DNA from: Oscillospiraceae bacterium
Lineage (GTDB): Bacteria > Bacillota > Clostridia > Oscillospirales > Acutalibacteraceae
Reading direction: 5' to 3'
DNA: 64,000 nucleotides
NCBI GenBank assembly: GCA_031268095.1
Contig: JAIRXU010000008.1
Span: 15,622-79,621 of the forward strand
Positions within the stretch are counted from its first letter, which is position 1; each line of letters begins with the position of its first letter. Made by a program: the position numbers and the translations under genes. The notes under the pieces are model-generated. The model was not told the DNA's origin. It saw nothing but the letters and a program-made list of their open reading frames with translations, and made no database searches. Below, piece by piece: positions 1 to 8,971 of this stretch.

Positions 1-1829
1 CCCTCGGGAAGATCATCAACAAATGCATCCGGGTGCACGGCACCGCCATCGCCGCCGACGTGCTGGACCGCATCAAAGCCCAGGGCTACCGTTACTCTAC
101 CCGCTCCGGAATCACTGTCGCCGTGTCTGACGCGACCATCCCGCCGCAGAAGGCGACCCTCATCGCCGAGGCGGAAACGAAGATTCTGGGCATCAACCGG
201 CAGTTCAACCGGGGCCTGCTCTCCAACAGCGAACGTTCCGACCGGGTCATTGCGACCTGGGAAGACTGCACCCATAAAGTGGCCGACGCGCTGAAAGAGA
301 ATTTCGACGAATACAACCCCATCAATATGATGCTGCGCTCCGGCGCCCGCGGCAACGACAGCCAGCTGCGCCAGTTGGCCGGGATGCGCGGCCTGATCGC
401 CAATACCGCCGGAAAAACCATCGAAGTCCCGATCCGTACCAACTACCGCGAGGGCCTCAACATTTTGGAATACTTCATCTCTTCCCGCGGCGCGCGGAAG
501 GGCCTGGCTGACACTGCCTTGCGCACCGCCGACTCCGGTTATCTCACCCGCCGGCTGGTGGACGTCTCCCAGGACGTGATTATCCGTGCGGAGGACTGCG
601 GCTGCGCGGAAGGATCCGAAGTCTACGATATCTTTGCCGACGGGCGGAAGATCGTTTCGCTGGAAGAGCGCCTGACGGGCCGTTTCCTCTTTGAGGACGC
701 CTTTGATCCGGATACGGGCAAGCAGATTCAGAGCAAGGACGCTATGATGAGCGAGGACGACGCCGTGCGAGTTGCCGCCGCAGTCCGCCGCCGCTACGAA
801 AAAGCCGTAACCGAAGGCTTGGCCGCGCCTGGGGGCCGTCCCACCGCCACCATCCGTTCCCTGCTGACCTGCAACGCCGACCACGGCGTCTGCATCAAGT
901 GCTACGGCGCGAACCTGGCGACGGGAGATCCCGTTACTGTAGGCGAAGCCGTCGGCATCATCGCAGCCCAGTCGATCGGTGAGCCGGGCACGCAGCTGAC
1001 TATGCGCACCTTCCATACCGGCGGCGCGAAGGACAGCGGCGACATCACCCAGGGTCTTCCGCGCGTCGAAGAACTCTTCGAAGCCCGCAAACCAAAGCTG
1101 CTGGCCATCATCAGCGAGATTGACGGCGTCGTCTCTTTCCGGGAAATCAAGAAGAGCAAGAACGTTATCGTCACCGGCGAGGACCCGGAGAACCCCGACG
1201 AGCGGGCCTACCCCATCCCTTACGATCAGATCATCAAGGTGGTGGACGGGCAGCGGATCCGGAAAGGGGAAAACATCACCGAGGGCGCCCGCAACCCCCA
1301 CGACATCCTGGCCGTGCTGGGAATCCACTACGTGCACGACTACCTGATTGCCGAAGTGCAGCGCACCTACCGCATGCAGGGCGTAGACATCAGCGACAAG
1401 CACATTGAAGTCATTATCCGCCAGATGATGCGCAAAGTCCGGGTGACTGAGACGGGAGACAGCGACCTGCTGCCCGGCACTGTCATCGAAAAGCGGGAAT
1501 TGGGACAGGTCAACGAGACGATCCTGGCCGAAAAAGGCGAGGACGCCCGGCCGGTGGAGTGCGTTCCGGTGCTGATGGGGATCACGAAGGCCTCCTTGGC
1601 CACAGAATCGTTCCTCTCCGCCGCGTCCTTCCAGGAAACGACCCGCGTCCTGACGGACGCCGCCATTAAGGGCAAGAGCGACCCGCTGATCGGACTGAAG
1701 GAAAACGTCATTATCGGCAAGCTTCTGCCTTCCGGAACGGGGATGAAGTGCTACTCTGACGTTGAGTTGCTCTCCACCGAAGGTTCCCTCGCCCAGCAAT
1801 ATGCGGCTAGCCTTGCGGCGGAAGCCTGA
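1..1829 (+). CDS. rpoC: DNA-directed RNA polymerase subunit beta', C-terminal ~600 aa (5' end lies upstream of the window)
   Basis: Frame is open from the window edge (..[13 protein letters not shown]..). Universal beta' motifs [21 protein letters not shown] and [33 protein letters not shown] are present. Stop TGA at 1827-1829. Confidence 0.95.
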   Translation, partial: LGKIINKCIRVHGTAIAADVLDRIKAQGYRYSTRSGITVAVSDATIPPQKATLIAEAETKILGINRQFNRGLLSNSERSDRVIATWEDCTHKVADALKENFDEYNPINMMLRSGARGNDSQLRQLAGMRGLIANTAGKTIEVPIRTNYREGLNILEYFISSRGARKGLADTALRTADSGYLTRRLVDVSQDVIIRAEDCGCAEGSEVYDIFADGRKIVSLEERLTGRFLFEDAFDPDTGKQIQSKDAMMSEDDAVRVAAAVRRRYEKAVTEGLAAPGGRPTATIRSLLTCNADHGVCIKCYGANLATGDPVTVGEAVGIIAAQSIGEPGTQLTMRTFHTGGAKDSGDITQGLPRVEELFEARKPKLLAIISEIDGVVSFREIKKSKNVIVTGEDPENPDERAYPIPYDQIIKVVDGQRIRKGENITEGARNPHDILAVLGIHYVHDYLIAEVQRTYRMQGVDISDKHIEVIIRQMMRKVRVTETGDSDLLPGTVIEKRELGQVNETILAEKGEDARPVECVPVLMGITKASLATESFLSAASFQETTRVLTDAAIKGKSDPLIGLKENVIIGKLLPSGTGMKCYSDVELLSTEGSLAQQYAASLAAEA

Positions 1830-1857
1830 CGGATTATTTTTGAGGGAGGATGCATCT

Positions 1858-2310
1858 ATGCTGGCCATCGGCTGCGACCACGCCGCCACCGCGCTCAAGG
1901 AGGAACTCAAAGCCTACCTGGAAGATCGGGGGCTGGCTGTGCTGGATTTCGGCGTCTTTGGAGACGCAAAAGCGGACTACCCTATCTCAGCCTACCGGGT
2001 CGCCTCGGCGGTCGCCGCCGGGGAATGTGAGCGGGGCATTCTGCTTTGCGGCACCGGCGTCGGGATCTCCATTGCCGCCAACAAAGTCCGGGGCATCCGC
2101 GCCTGCTGTTGCAGCGAACCGTATTCCGCCCGTCTCTCCCGGCAGCACAACGACGCCAACATCCTCTGCATGGGTGCGCGGGTGGTGGGGTCAGAACTGG
2201 CGAAGATGATCCTGGACGCTTGGCTGGAGGCTGCATTTGAGGGCGGACGGCACCAGGCCCGGGTGGAACTGATCGGGAAGATCGAAGCCGGGACATTAGA
2301 CGCTGTATAG
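1858..2310 (+). CDS. rpiB: RpiB/LacA/LacB-family sugar-phosphate isomerase (ribose-5-phosphate isomerase B)
   Basis: MLAIGCDHAA.., LLCGTGVGISIAANKVRGIRA and RQHNDANILCMGARV are typical RpiB motifs. ATG 1858 is preceded by GAGGGAGGA. The ORF-track start at 1762 overlaps rpoC and is rejected. Confidence 0.85.
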   Translation: MLAIGCDHAATALKEELKAYLEDRGLAVLDFGVFGDAKADYPISAYRVASAVAAGECERGILLCGTGVGISIAANKVRGIRACCCSEPYSARLSRQHNDANILCMGARVVGSELAKMILDAWLEAAFEGGRHQARVELIGKIEAGTLDAV

Positions 2311-2322
2311 TGATTCACGAGA

Positions 2323-2374
2323 AATGAGGCCCTAGATCTTCCGTTCGGATGGATCTAAGGCCTCATTTTTATTT
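2323..2374 (+). terminator. Rho-independent terminator after rpiB; the hairpin could also serve the convergent permease gene
   Basis: 16-bp stem with one mismatch (aatgaggccctagatc 2323-2338 / gatctaaggcctcatt 2352-2367), followed by TTTTTATTT. Confidence 0.6.
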
Positions 2375-2398
2375 GTTATCCGCGTTATCCGCAAGTCT

Positions 2399-3841
2399 CT
2401 AGAGCAGCGCCAGGATCACGAAGTTGGCGATGAACAGCGCCGTTGCGACCCAGAGGATGGGATGGACGTCTTTGGCCTGTTTCTTGCAGACTTTGACAAT
2501 GCAGTAGAAAAAGAAGGACGCCGCGATACCGTAGGAAATGCTGTAAGCCATGGCCATAAACACCCCCGCGAAGAAGGCGGGGATCGCCTCGCCCAGCTCG
2601 TTCCATTTGATTTCCCGGAAGGACGAGAGCATCATGATCCCGACGGCAATCAGCGCCGCCGCCGTCGCCTGGCTGGGAACCACTCCGGCGATAGACACCA
2701 GCGGAATGCACAGAAGCATCATCAGCGCGGTAATGACGGAAGTGAAGCCCGTCCGGCCGCCCGCGCCGATCCCTGCCGCGCTTTCGACATACGTTGTAGT
2801 ATTGGATGTGCCAAAGAGCGCGCCGACGCTAGTGGCCACGGAATCGGCAAAGAGGGCCTTGTCCATCTTGGTTTTGAAGCCCTTGCTGTCCTGCATGGCC
2901 AGTTCGTCTGATTCGCTGAAAATCCCGGACTGCCGCCCTGTCCCAATAAAGGTGCCAATGGTGTCGAAGGTATCCGAAAGACTGAAAGCAAAGATGGTCA
3001 TCAGAACCAAGGGGATGCGGGATGCGTCGCCGAAAAGATGCTGCATCCCGTCTTTGCCAAAGGCGGCGCCGAACGTGGTTCCCAAAGCGGCGAAGGCTTC
3101 CCGCAGGCCCTCTGTTTTTCCTACATGGAAATCCGTCACCCCCAAGGGAATGCCGATGAGTGTCGTGACGATAATGCTGACCAAAATTGCGGCGGGGAAC
3201 GGTTTGCCCTTGATCTTCACCACCAGCAAGACCATCAGCAGCACCAGACCAATCAGCGAAAGCAAAACTCCGGGCGTATTGAAGTTGACCAAGCCCGGCA
3301 CCGCGGCCGACGTCGCCTCCGCCGCAGATGTTGCGGGGTCGGGGCCAAAAACGGTATACGTGCCGGGGTCCAGAGAAAACTTCAGCAAACCGGCATTCTT
3401 GACGCCGATATAGGCGATGAAGATGCCGATGCCGCCGCCAATGGCATGCTGAAGGCTGGGGGGAATGGAACGGATGATGCTGCGGCGCAGCTTCGTAACG
3501 GTGATCAGAATGTTGATGATTCCGCAGAGGAATACCATCGCCAGCGCTTCCTGCCAGCTGAACTTCAGCCCCATACAGACCGTATACGTAAAGAAAGCGT
3601 TGAGGCCCATCCCCGGCGCCTGTGCATAGGGGACATTGGCAAAGAGCCCCATCACCAGCGTCCCCGCCACGGAAGCAAAAATCGTTGCCAGGAAGACCGC
3701 GTTTTGGGGGATCCCGGTCTCCCCAAGAATCTGGGGGTTGACGAAAATGATATAGGACATGGCAAAGAAGGTGGTCAGGCCTGCGATGATTTCCCGCGGA
3801 ATGCTGCTGCCGCTTTGTTTAATTTTGAACAGGGCTTCCAT
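2399..3841 (-). CDS. NCS2/AzgA-family purine (adenine/guanine/hypoxanthine) permease
   Basis: N-terminus MEALFKIKQSGSSIPREIIAGLTTFFAMSYIIFVNPQIL and about 12 hydrophobic segments are typical of PbuG/AzgA permeases. Start moved from the ORF-track position 4015 to ATG 3839-3841 (GAGGAG 9 nt upstream), because the promoter lies inside the longer ORF. Confidence 0.85.
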   Translation of the reverse strand: MEALFKIKQSGSSIPREIIAGLTTFFAMSYIIFVNPQILGETGIPQNAVFLATIFASVAGTLVMGLFANVPYAQAPGMGLNAFFTYTVCMGLKFSWQEALAMVFLCGIINILITVTKLRRSIIRSIPPSLQHAIGGGIGIFIAYIGVKNAGLLKFSLDPGTYTVFGPDPATSAAEATSAAVPGLVNFNTPGVLLSLIGLVLLMVLLVVKIKGKPFPAAILVSIIVTTLIGIPLGVTDFHVGKTEGLREAFAALGTTFGAAFGKDGMQHLFGDASRIPLVLMTIFAFSLSDTFDTIGTFIGTGRQSGIFSESDELAMQDSKGFKTKMDKALFADSVATSVGALFGTSNTTTYVESAAGIGAGGRTGFTSVITALMMLLCIPLVSIAGVVPSQATAAALIAVGIMMLSSFREIKWNELGEAIPAFFAGVFMAMAYSISYGIAASFFFYCIVKVCKKQAKDVHPILWVATALFIANFVILALL

Positions 3842-3902
3842 GGACGCATTCTCCTCACTCTTTATGGTTTCGCCTTCGGTCTCCGCCGGACAGGCTGGCA
3901 AC

Positions 3903-3931
3903 AGTATACCAAATTTTCTCGGGAAATGCAA
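3903..3931 (-). promoter_or_regulatory. sigma-70-type promoter of the purine permease gene
   Basis: Minus strand reads TTGCAT, 17 nt, TATACT, with a TG-extended -10 (TGGTATACT). It lies about 60 nt upstream of the start codon. Confidence 0.5.
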
Positions 3932-4206
3932 TTGATTTGTGAAAAAAATCAGGCCTTGACTTTGCGGCGCAGGGCTGATACAATAGTTTCGTTGTCTTTG
4001 TTTGATAATCCTCATTTGCCGAGTGTTGCTCTTCGAGCGGAAAACCCCTTATTTCAAGCCATTCCTAGTAGTATTTTGTTCAAATCGCGTTTTTTTATGG
4101 TCAGCTTAGTAACATGTACAACCCCAAAAGCCAGTAATATCAAGGCTTTGCTAGCAACATTCAGCAAATGAGGATTTTTGTTTGATGATTCGAAGAGGAG
4201 GCCTTT

Positions 4207-5142
4207 ATGACCTGGACTGAACTGATCCTGACCGTCCCTGCCGCACACATCGACCAGGTCGGGGACATCGCCAACATGGTCGTTCCCTATGGGATCTATG
4301 TGGAAGACTACCGGGACCTTGAGGCGGAGGCCCGCGCCATCGCCCGGATCGACTTGATTGACGAAGCCCTGCTGGCGCAGGACCGAGCCGTCGGCCGGGT
4401 ACACGTCTACCTTCCCCCGCAGGAGAACCCCGCCGAGGCTTCCGCCTTCCTGGCCGAGCGCACCGCCGCCGCCGGGATTCCCCTGGAACTGGAGACCCGC
4501 CCTTGCCGCGACGAAGACTGGGAAAACAACTGGAAGGCCTACTTTCATCCTCTGCCGGTTGGGCGCAAACTGCTGGTTCAGCCGGATTGGGAACCCCTGG
4601 ACCCCGCACAGGCAGCGGGGCGGGCTGTGCTGCGGCTGGAACCCGGCCTGGCCTTCGGCTCCGGGACCCACGCCACCACCCGCCTCTGCCTGGAGGCGCT
4701 GGAGGAAACTGTCCGGCCCGGCGCGGCGGTGCTGGACGTCGGCTGCGGCTCTGGAATCCTGGCGGTGGCAGCGCTGCTGCTGGGAGCGGAACGCGCCGTC
4801 GGGGTGGATATCGACGCCCTGGCGGTCCGCACCGCCGCCGAGAACGCCGTCCGCAACGGCTTCGCTCCTCCGGCCCTAACCTTCCTGGAAGGCAATCTCA
4901 CCGACCAGATTCAGGGATCCTTCGACATTCTCTGCTCCAACATCGTTGCTGACGTCATCCTGCGGTTGATTCCGGACGTGCGCAGGTTCTTTCGCTCCGA
5001 CGACAACCGCGGCGTCTGGATCAGTTCCGGAATCATTCTTCCAAGGGAAGCGGAAGTGGCCTCCGCCATGGAAGCGGCTGGTTTTACCATCCTCCGCCGG
5101 GCAGAAGAAGGCGGCTGGGTCTGTTTCGCCGCGCATTGCTGA
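4207..5142 (+). CDS. prmA: ribosomal protein L11 methyltransferase
   Basis: MTWTELILTVPAAHIDQVGDI.. N-terminal domain and the SAM-binding motif VLDVGCGSGILAVAALLLGA..AVGVDID. RBS GAGGAGG 5 nt upstream of the ATG. Confidence 0.9.
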   Translation: MTWTELILTVPAAHIDQVGDIANMVVPYGIYVEDYRDLEAEARAIARIDLIDEALLAQDRAVGRVHVYLPPQENPAEASAFLAERTAAAGIPLELETRPCRDEDWENNWKAYFHPLPVGRKLLVQPDWEPLDPAQAAGRAVLRLEPGLAFGSGTHATTRLCLEALEETVRPGAAVLDVGCGSGILAVAALLLGAERAVGVDIDALAVRTAAENAVRNGFAPPALTFLEGNLTDQIQGSFDILCSNIVADVILRLIPDVRRFFRSDDNRGVWISSGIILPREAEVASAMEAAGFTILRRAEEGGWVCFAAHC

Positions 5143-5177
5143 CTGCTCCATCCACTCATCTTACGCAAAAAACAAGC

Positions 5178-5215
5178 AAAAGCCGCCCGACGGACGGCTT
5201 TTGGTTTTGGTTTGT
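5178..5215. terminator. bidirectional intrinsic terminator between the convergent prmA and the P/Q-rich gene
   Basis: Stem AAAAGCCG (5178-5185) / CGGCTTTT (5195-5202). It is flanked by an A-run upstream and by TTTTGGTTTTGGTTTG downstream. Confidence 0.6.
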
Positions 5216-6274
5216 TTAATAGCTCTCTGTGTACCGCATAGCGGCGCGGACGGTCGCCAAATCACGGCCCAAATCGCCCAATTCGTCGTATAGCTGATCC
5301 AGCAGATACACGGTCTCCTGGTCCAGGGCGGGCGGCGGGTTGTACCCATAATCCCCAGGCACCCGATAGGTATCGTTCTGGCGCAGCTTAGCCCGCACCT
5401 GTTCAATCCGGCTGAGGATACGGTTGGCGGTCGATTGCAGTTTCTCCGCGGAATTCGCCGTCATGCCTGCGGCACGGGGATCTCCCTGCCGGGGAGGATA
5501 CGGCGGCTGCATCGGCTGCGCAGGCGCATCGCTGTAGGAGGACACTTGGCGGTCCGGAGGATAGTAAGCGTCAGCCCGGGGATCCCGCTGCCCTTGCTGC
5601 GGCGGGAACTGAGGATCCGGCAGCGCGCTCGGCTGGGGACGCTGCGGCGGCCGCTGCTGGCCATACGGGCTCTGCGGCGGATAGGGCGCAGGCTGCTGCT
5701 GGGGATAGCCAGGCTGCGGCGGCCGCTGACCATACGCCTGCGGCGCGGCGGCGCCGGGTCCCTGCGGACCCTGACCCTGCGGACCCTGCGGGGGGTAAGG
5801 CGGCTGCTGGGCGTAAGGAGCCCCTGGCTGGGACACAGGCTGCCCCCCCGGGGCAAACGAAGATGTTTGCTGCGGCGGATATTGCGGCGCGTACGGGCGC
5901 TGGGCAGACTGCGGCGGCTGGCTGGCCCCCGCCGGAGAAAAAGCCGGAGCGGGCGCCTGCGGACCTTGCGGACCCTGTTGCGGGGGAGGATAGGCCGGAT
6001 ACGCCGACATGCTCCCCTGCGGCGGAGCTTGCTGCGCAGGCATGCCCTGCGGCGGGATGCCCGGCTGGGGGATCGGAGGGTAAGCGTTCTGTTGTGATTT
6101 CAAGCGTTCCAATTCTCGTTCCAACTCCTCATTGCGGCGTTTTTCGTCCTCATAAGAGGCGACCAGGGCTTTTACCTTGGAGCGCAGCAGTTCTTTTTTT
6201 TCTTCTCGTTCCCCGGCTTCGGCGGGCTCGTAAGGATTGACGCTGCCGCGGCCGGGGGCGTTGTTGTTATCCAT
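5216..6274 (-). CDS. hypothetical protein: N-terminal coiled coil, ~200-aa Pro/Gln/Gly/Tyr low-complexity core, ~80-aa C-terminal domain
   Basis: ATG 6272-6274 with AAGGA upstream. It has its own promoter and terminator. Composition is dominated by degenerate PPQG/YPPQ/PQGP units. No family recognised. Confidence 0.6.
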   Translation of the reverse strand: MDNNNAPGRGSVNPYEPAEAGEREEKKELLRSKVKALVASYEDEKRRNEELERELERLKSQQNAYPPIPQPGIPPQGMPAQQAPPQGSMSAYPAYPPPQQGPQGPQAPAPAFSPAGASQPPQSAQRPYAPQYPPQQTSSFAPGGQPVSQPGAPYAQQPPYPPQGPQGQGPQGPGAAAPQAYGQRPPQPGYPQQQPAPYPPQSPYGQQRPPQRPQPSALPDPQFPPQQGQRDPRADAYYPPDRQVSSYSDAPAQPMQPPYPPRQGDPRAAGMTANSAEKLQSTANRILSRIEQVRAKLRQNDTYRVPGDYGYNPPPALDQETVYLLDQLYDELGDLGRDLATVRAAMRYTESY

Positions 6275-6369
6275 TTTCGGTCATCCTTCCGTCCTTTTGG
6301 TGGCGTTCCCACAGACCGCCCGGCAGGGGCCGACAGAACCGCCGCATCCTGTTTGTTTTTGTTGTTCTA

Positions 6370-6398
6370 ATGATACATGCTTTGCTTTTATTTGTCAA
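6370..6398 (-). promoter_or_regulatory. sigma-70-type promoter of the P/Q-rich gene
   Basis: Minus strand reads TTGACA, 17 nt, TATCAT, with a TG-extended -10 (TGTATCAT). Confidence 0.5.
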
Positions 6399-6463
6399 CA
6401 CAATAAACCGCGAAATCGCCTGGTTTTTGCGGATTTTCTCCTCAATTCCCTGAAATTGTTACT

Positions 6464-7522
6464 TTATTCAGGCAGATCCGTCAAATCTCGGAATTCATAT
6501 CCCATGCTTCTGGCCTTATCGATGATCCCCGCCAACCCTTCCGCGTTGTCCCAGGAAACACTGTGCAGCAGAATAATTGCCCCGGGGTGCAGCCGGGCCA
6601 CCACGGTATCAATGGCGTACTGCGCGCCCTTGCGGCTGTTGATGTTCCAGTCCGCATAGGACGAGGACCAGAACACGCTGGTGAATCCCAGGGACTGGAC
6701 GGCCTCCAGGGCACTCTCATTGTATTCTCCCTTCGGGAAGCGGAAGAACGGTGCAGAGTATCCGAAGTGTTCGCGCAGATAATTGTCAAATTCCAGCACT
6801 TCTTTCGCCATTCTCGTCCGGTCGATCTCTGCAAAAGAAGGATGCTTGCAGGAATGGTTGCCGAGGATATGCCCTTCCTTGATCATCCTCGTCACCATTT
6901 CCGGCGCGGATTTGACCTCTTCCAATGTGCAGAAAAAAGCGGCGGGGACCTTTTTGTCCCGCAAGGTATCCAATATCATCCCTGTGCAGCCGTTTTCGTA
7001 GCCGCAGTCAAAGGTCAGATAGAGCACCTTTTCCGTGCTTTTGTCGTCGTAGGCAACGGCAGCGTACTGTTTGGCCTCAAAGAACTTTTGATTTTCCACT
7101 GAAATGCTGTGGGGCGCCTCATTTTTTGCCGCGCCGTAAGCGTGCTCAATTTTCTTGGTCGGCAGGCCCTTACTATTATTGGGATCGGCAATTTCGACCG
7201 CCCGGGCGGGCAGCGGCAGAAAGCCCGTGTAGGTCGTGGCGCTTGGGCTGGGCGCGCCGGTCTGGATCAATGGACGGCTCGCCGCCGGAGGCACGTCGGC
7301 AGCCAGGCCCGGGACGGACGTATCCCCGATCAAGGAATCGCTCGGCTGGGGAAAGGCTGGGATATCCGCTGGCTGGGAAGTCGTGGACGTTGTAAGCGAT
7401 GATTTTTCCGGCGGCACGTCATCCGCTCCGCAGCCTGCAATTCCGGTGAGCACTGTCAAAATAAGCAGACACACCAGCACCCGGCGGCTCAGTTTCTCGT
7501 ATTTTCCAAAATTCGTATGCAC
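6464..7522 (-). CDS. polysaccharide deacetylase (NodB domain) lipoprotein, PdaA-like
   Basis: Lipobox LTGIAG-C after a hydrophobic N-terminus. YLTFDCGYENGCTGMILDTL, GNHSCKHPSF and ILLHSVS are NodB/PdaA-type motifs. GTG start 7520-7522 with AGGAGGG 7 nt upstream. Confidence 0.8.
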   Translation of the reverse strand: MHTNFGKYEKLSRRVLVCLLILTVLTGIAGCGADDVPPEKSSLTTSTTSQPADIPAFPQPSDSLIGDTSVPGLAADVPPAASRPLIQTGAPSPSATTYTGFLPLPARAVEIADPNNSKGLPTKKIEHAYGAAKNEAPHSISVENQKFFEAKQYAAVAYDDKSTEKVLYLTFDCGYENGCTGMILDTLRDKKVPAAFFCTLEEVKSAPEMVTRMIKEGHILGNHSCKHPSFAEIDRTRMAKEVLEFDNYLREHFGYSAPFFRFPKGEYNESALEAVQSLGFTSVFWSSSYADWNINSRKGAQYAIDTVVARLHPGAIILLHSVSWDNAEGLAGIIDKARSMGYEFRDLTDLPE

Positions 7523-7628
7523 GGCAAAACCCTCCTGCGTCGAATTTGAGTTCGGTCAGAAGGTAGTATTCCCTGACGGAACAGGGTTATTACTTCAAGA
7601 TTCTGGAGTCAGGGGCCGGCTGCTCCGC

Positions 7629-8324
7629 TCATTTCCCGCGGGATTCCGTGTCCTCCGTCAGCAGGAACGCAAGGTTCCAAAGGGCAATCAGCCCGGCCAG
7701 CAGGCCCAGCATTAGCACGGCGCTGGAAAGTTTCAGCTGTTCTATCCGCGGATCGAGGAAGGCGCCGACGATGCTGCCCAGCGACCCTGCGTCGATGACC
7801 GACAGGAGATTGAAGTCAGGGGCTGTCACCGATTTTTCGAAGAAAGAAAAACTGATTTGCGCGGCAATCAGCAGCAGAACCGTCGTTCCGGAAAGGACAA
7901 ACACGGGCCGTTTTTTGCGGCCGCTGACGCCGACAATTCCCCCCGCCAACAACACCAGCGCGGCCAAGAGGATCAGCCCCAAGGCAACCAGCGCGGGCCG
8001 CAGCAGGAGCAGGATTTCCCGGTCCGGCGGGTTGTTCCGCAGGGTATGGTAGGCGCTGCGCAGGCCTTCTTGGCCTACGACGTCCCAAACCCAGCGGGGG
8101 CTGATGAACTCTTGCCAGTCGGGGACGCTGTCCCCCAGCCCGAGGTTCACGACGAGACGGATCATCGAATTAAAGATCAGATCCGGGATGACCAGCAGCG
8201 CCGCCGCCAGGGTCATCGTCCGCCGGATGATCTCTGCGCCGCTGGTTCTGCGGCGGCCGGGCTTGGCTTGGCTGGCCGCGCCCGGTTTTCCGTTCTGATG
8301 GATTCGGTTGCTCTGATTGCCCAT
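7629..8324 (-). CDS. hypothetical integral membrane protein
   Basis: About 5 hydrophobic segments. ATG 8322-8324 is preceded by GGAGGGAG, so it is preferred to the ORF-track start at 8345. Confidence 0.6.
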   Translation of the reverse strand: MGNQSNRIHQNGKPGAASQAKPGRRRTSGAEIIRRTMTLAAALLVIPDLIFNSMIRLVVNLGLGDSVPDWQEFISPRWVWDVVGQEGLRSAYHTLRNNPPDREILLLLRPALVALGLILLAALVLLAGGIVGVSGRKKRPVFVLSGTTVLLLIAAQISFSFFEKSVTAPDFNLLSVIDAGSLGSIVGAFLDPRIEQLKLSSAVLMLGLLAGLIALWNLAFLLTEDTESRGK

Positions 8325-8871
8325 GGGAACTCCCTCCGTTTTCACTATTCGCCCGGTCTGCTGCGGACAGGGGATCAGCCCACAAAGGCGCTATTCTCCC
8401 AGGCCGCGCGATATCCTCATCCTGCATTTCATGCGCTTGCGCAGAGCCAAAAACCGTAAACGTGGCATTGTCAAACCAAAGGCTGTATTGGGAATTAAAG
8501 ATCCAGCATACGTAAATAAACGGCGCAAACAAGGTCTCTCTCACGAGACTTAGGCCGATATTATCAGCCGCAAACGTACCCTTGAAGGACCCCAGCGCCC
8601 GCACCCAGCATACCTGGCCCTGCACGGCGCGGTAGGTTCCGTCCTCAAAGATGGCGGTGACATAGCGGCGGTAGCAGTGGTCGCCCAGCGGGTCGTTCAC
8701 CGTGATCTTGGCTTTGCTGTCGGTTGCCCCTTCGATGGTCTTTTCGTTTCTTGTGGCTTTGGGATACTTCGACCAAGTGCGCGCGTCAGCCTCGACCCAG
8801 CGGTATGTCAGCGTCGCGCCTTCCGGGGCCGCAGCCTTAACCTCCAGGGTAAATTCGTAACCGGCGAGCAC
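8170..8871 (-). CDS. hypothetical protein, possibly a gene remnant (Ig-like 'LTYRW' segment); its tail overlaps the next gene
   Basis: The open frame runs without any ATG/GTG/TTG from inside the glnS 3' end (8986) down to GTG 8871. Its last ~50 codons are Arg/Gly/Pro-rich and overlap the downstream gene 7629-8324 by 155 nt, as an out-of-frame read-through would. Confidence 0.3.
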   Translation of the reverse strand: MLAGYEFTLEVKAAAPEGATLTYRWVEADARTWSKYPKATRNEKTIEGATDSKAKITVNDPLGDHCYRRYVTAIFEDGTYRAVQGQVCWVRALGSFKGTFAADNIGLSLVRETLFAPFIYVCWIFNSQYSLWFDNATFTVFGSAQAHEMQDEDIARPGRIAPLWADPLSAADRANSENGGSSHGQSEQPNPSERKTGRGQPSQARPPQNQRRRDHPADDDPGGGAAGHPGSDL

Positions 8872-8971
8872 AGCCTTGGTCTTGGGCAGGCCTTGGGTAA
8901 CGGATCTCTTCGCTGAAAACGGAACCCGCGATCCTCCCGTGATTTTTCCCGGAAACGATGACAGTGTGAAA

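Noticed and set aside
3842-4015. Possible purine riboswitch in the leader of the purine permease
   Set aside because: The leader is only ~60 nt from the predicted -10. It lacks the conserved purine-riboswitch core (no UAUA..GG..UAUGG..CUACC..-type junction and no three-way-junction pairing).
2462-4171. Plus-strand ORFs 2462-2911, 2550-3413 and 3038-4171, and the N-terminal extension of the permease ORF to 4015
   Set aside because: They are antisense or out of frame relative to the permease gene. The extension runs through the permease promoter (3903-3931), and the ATG at 3841 has the RBS.
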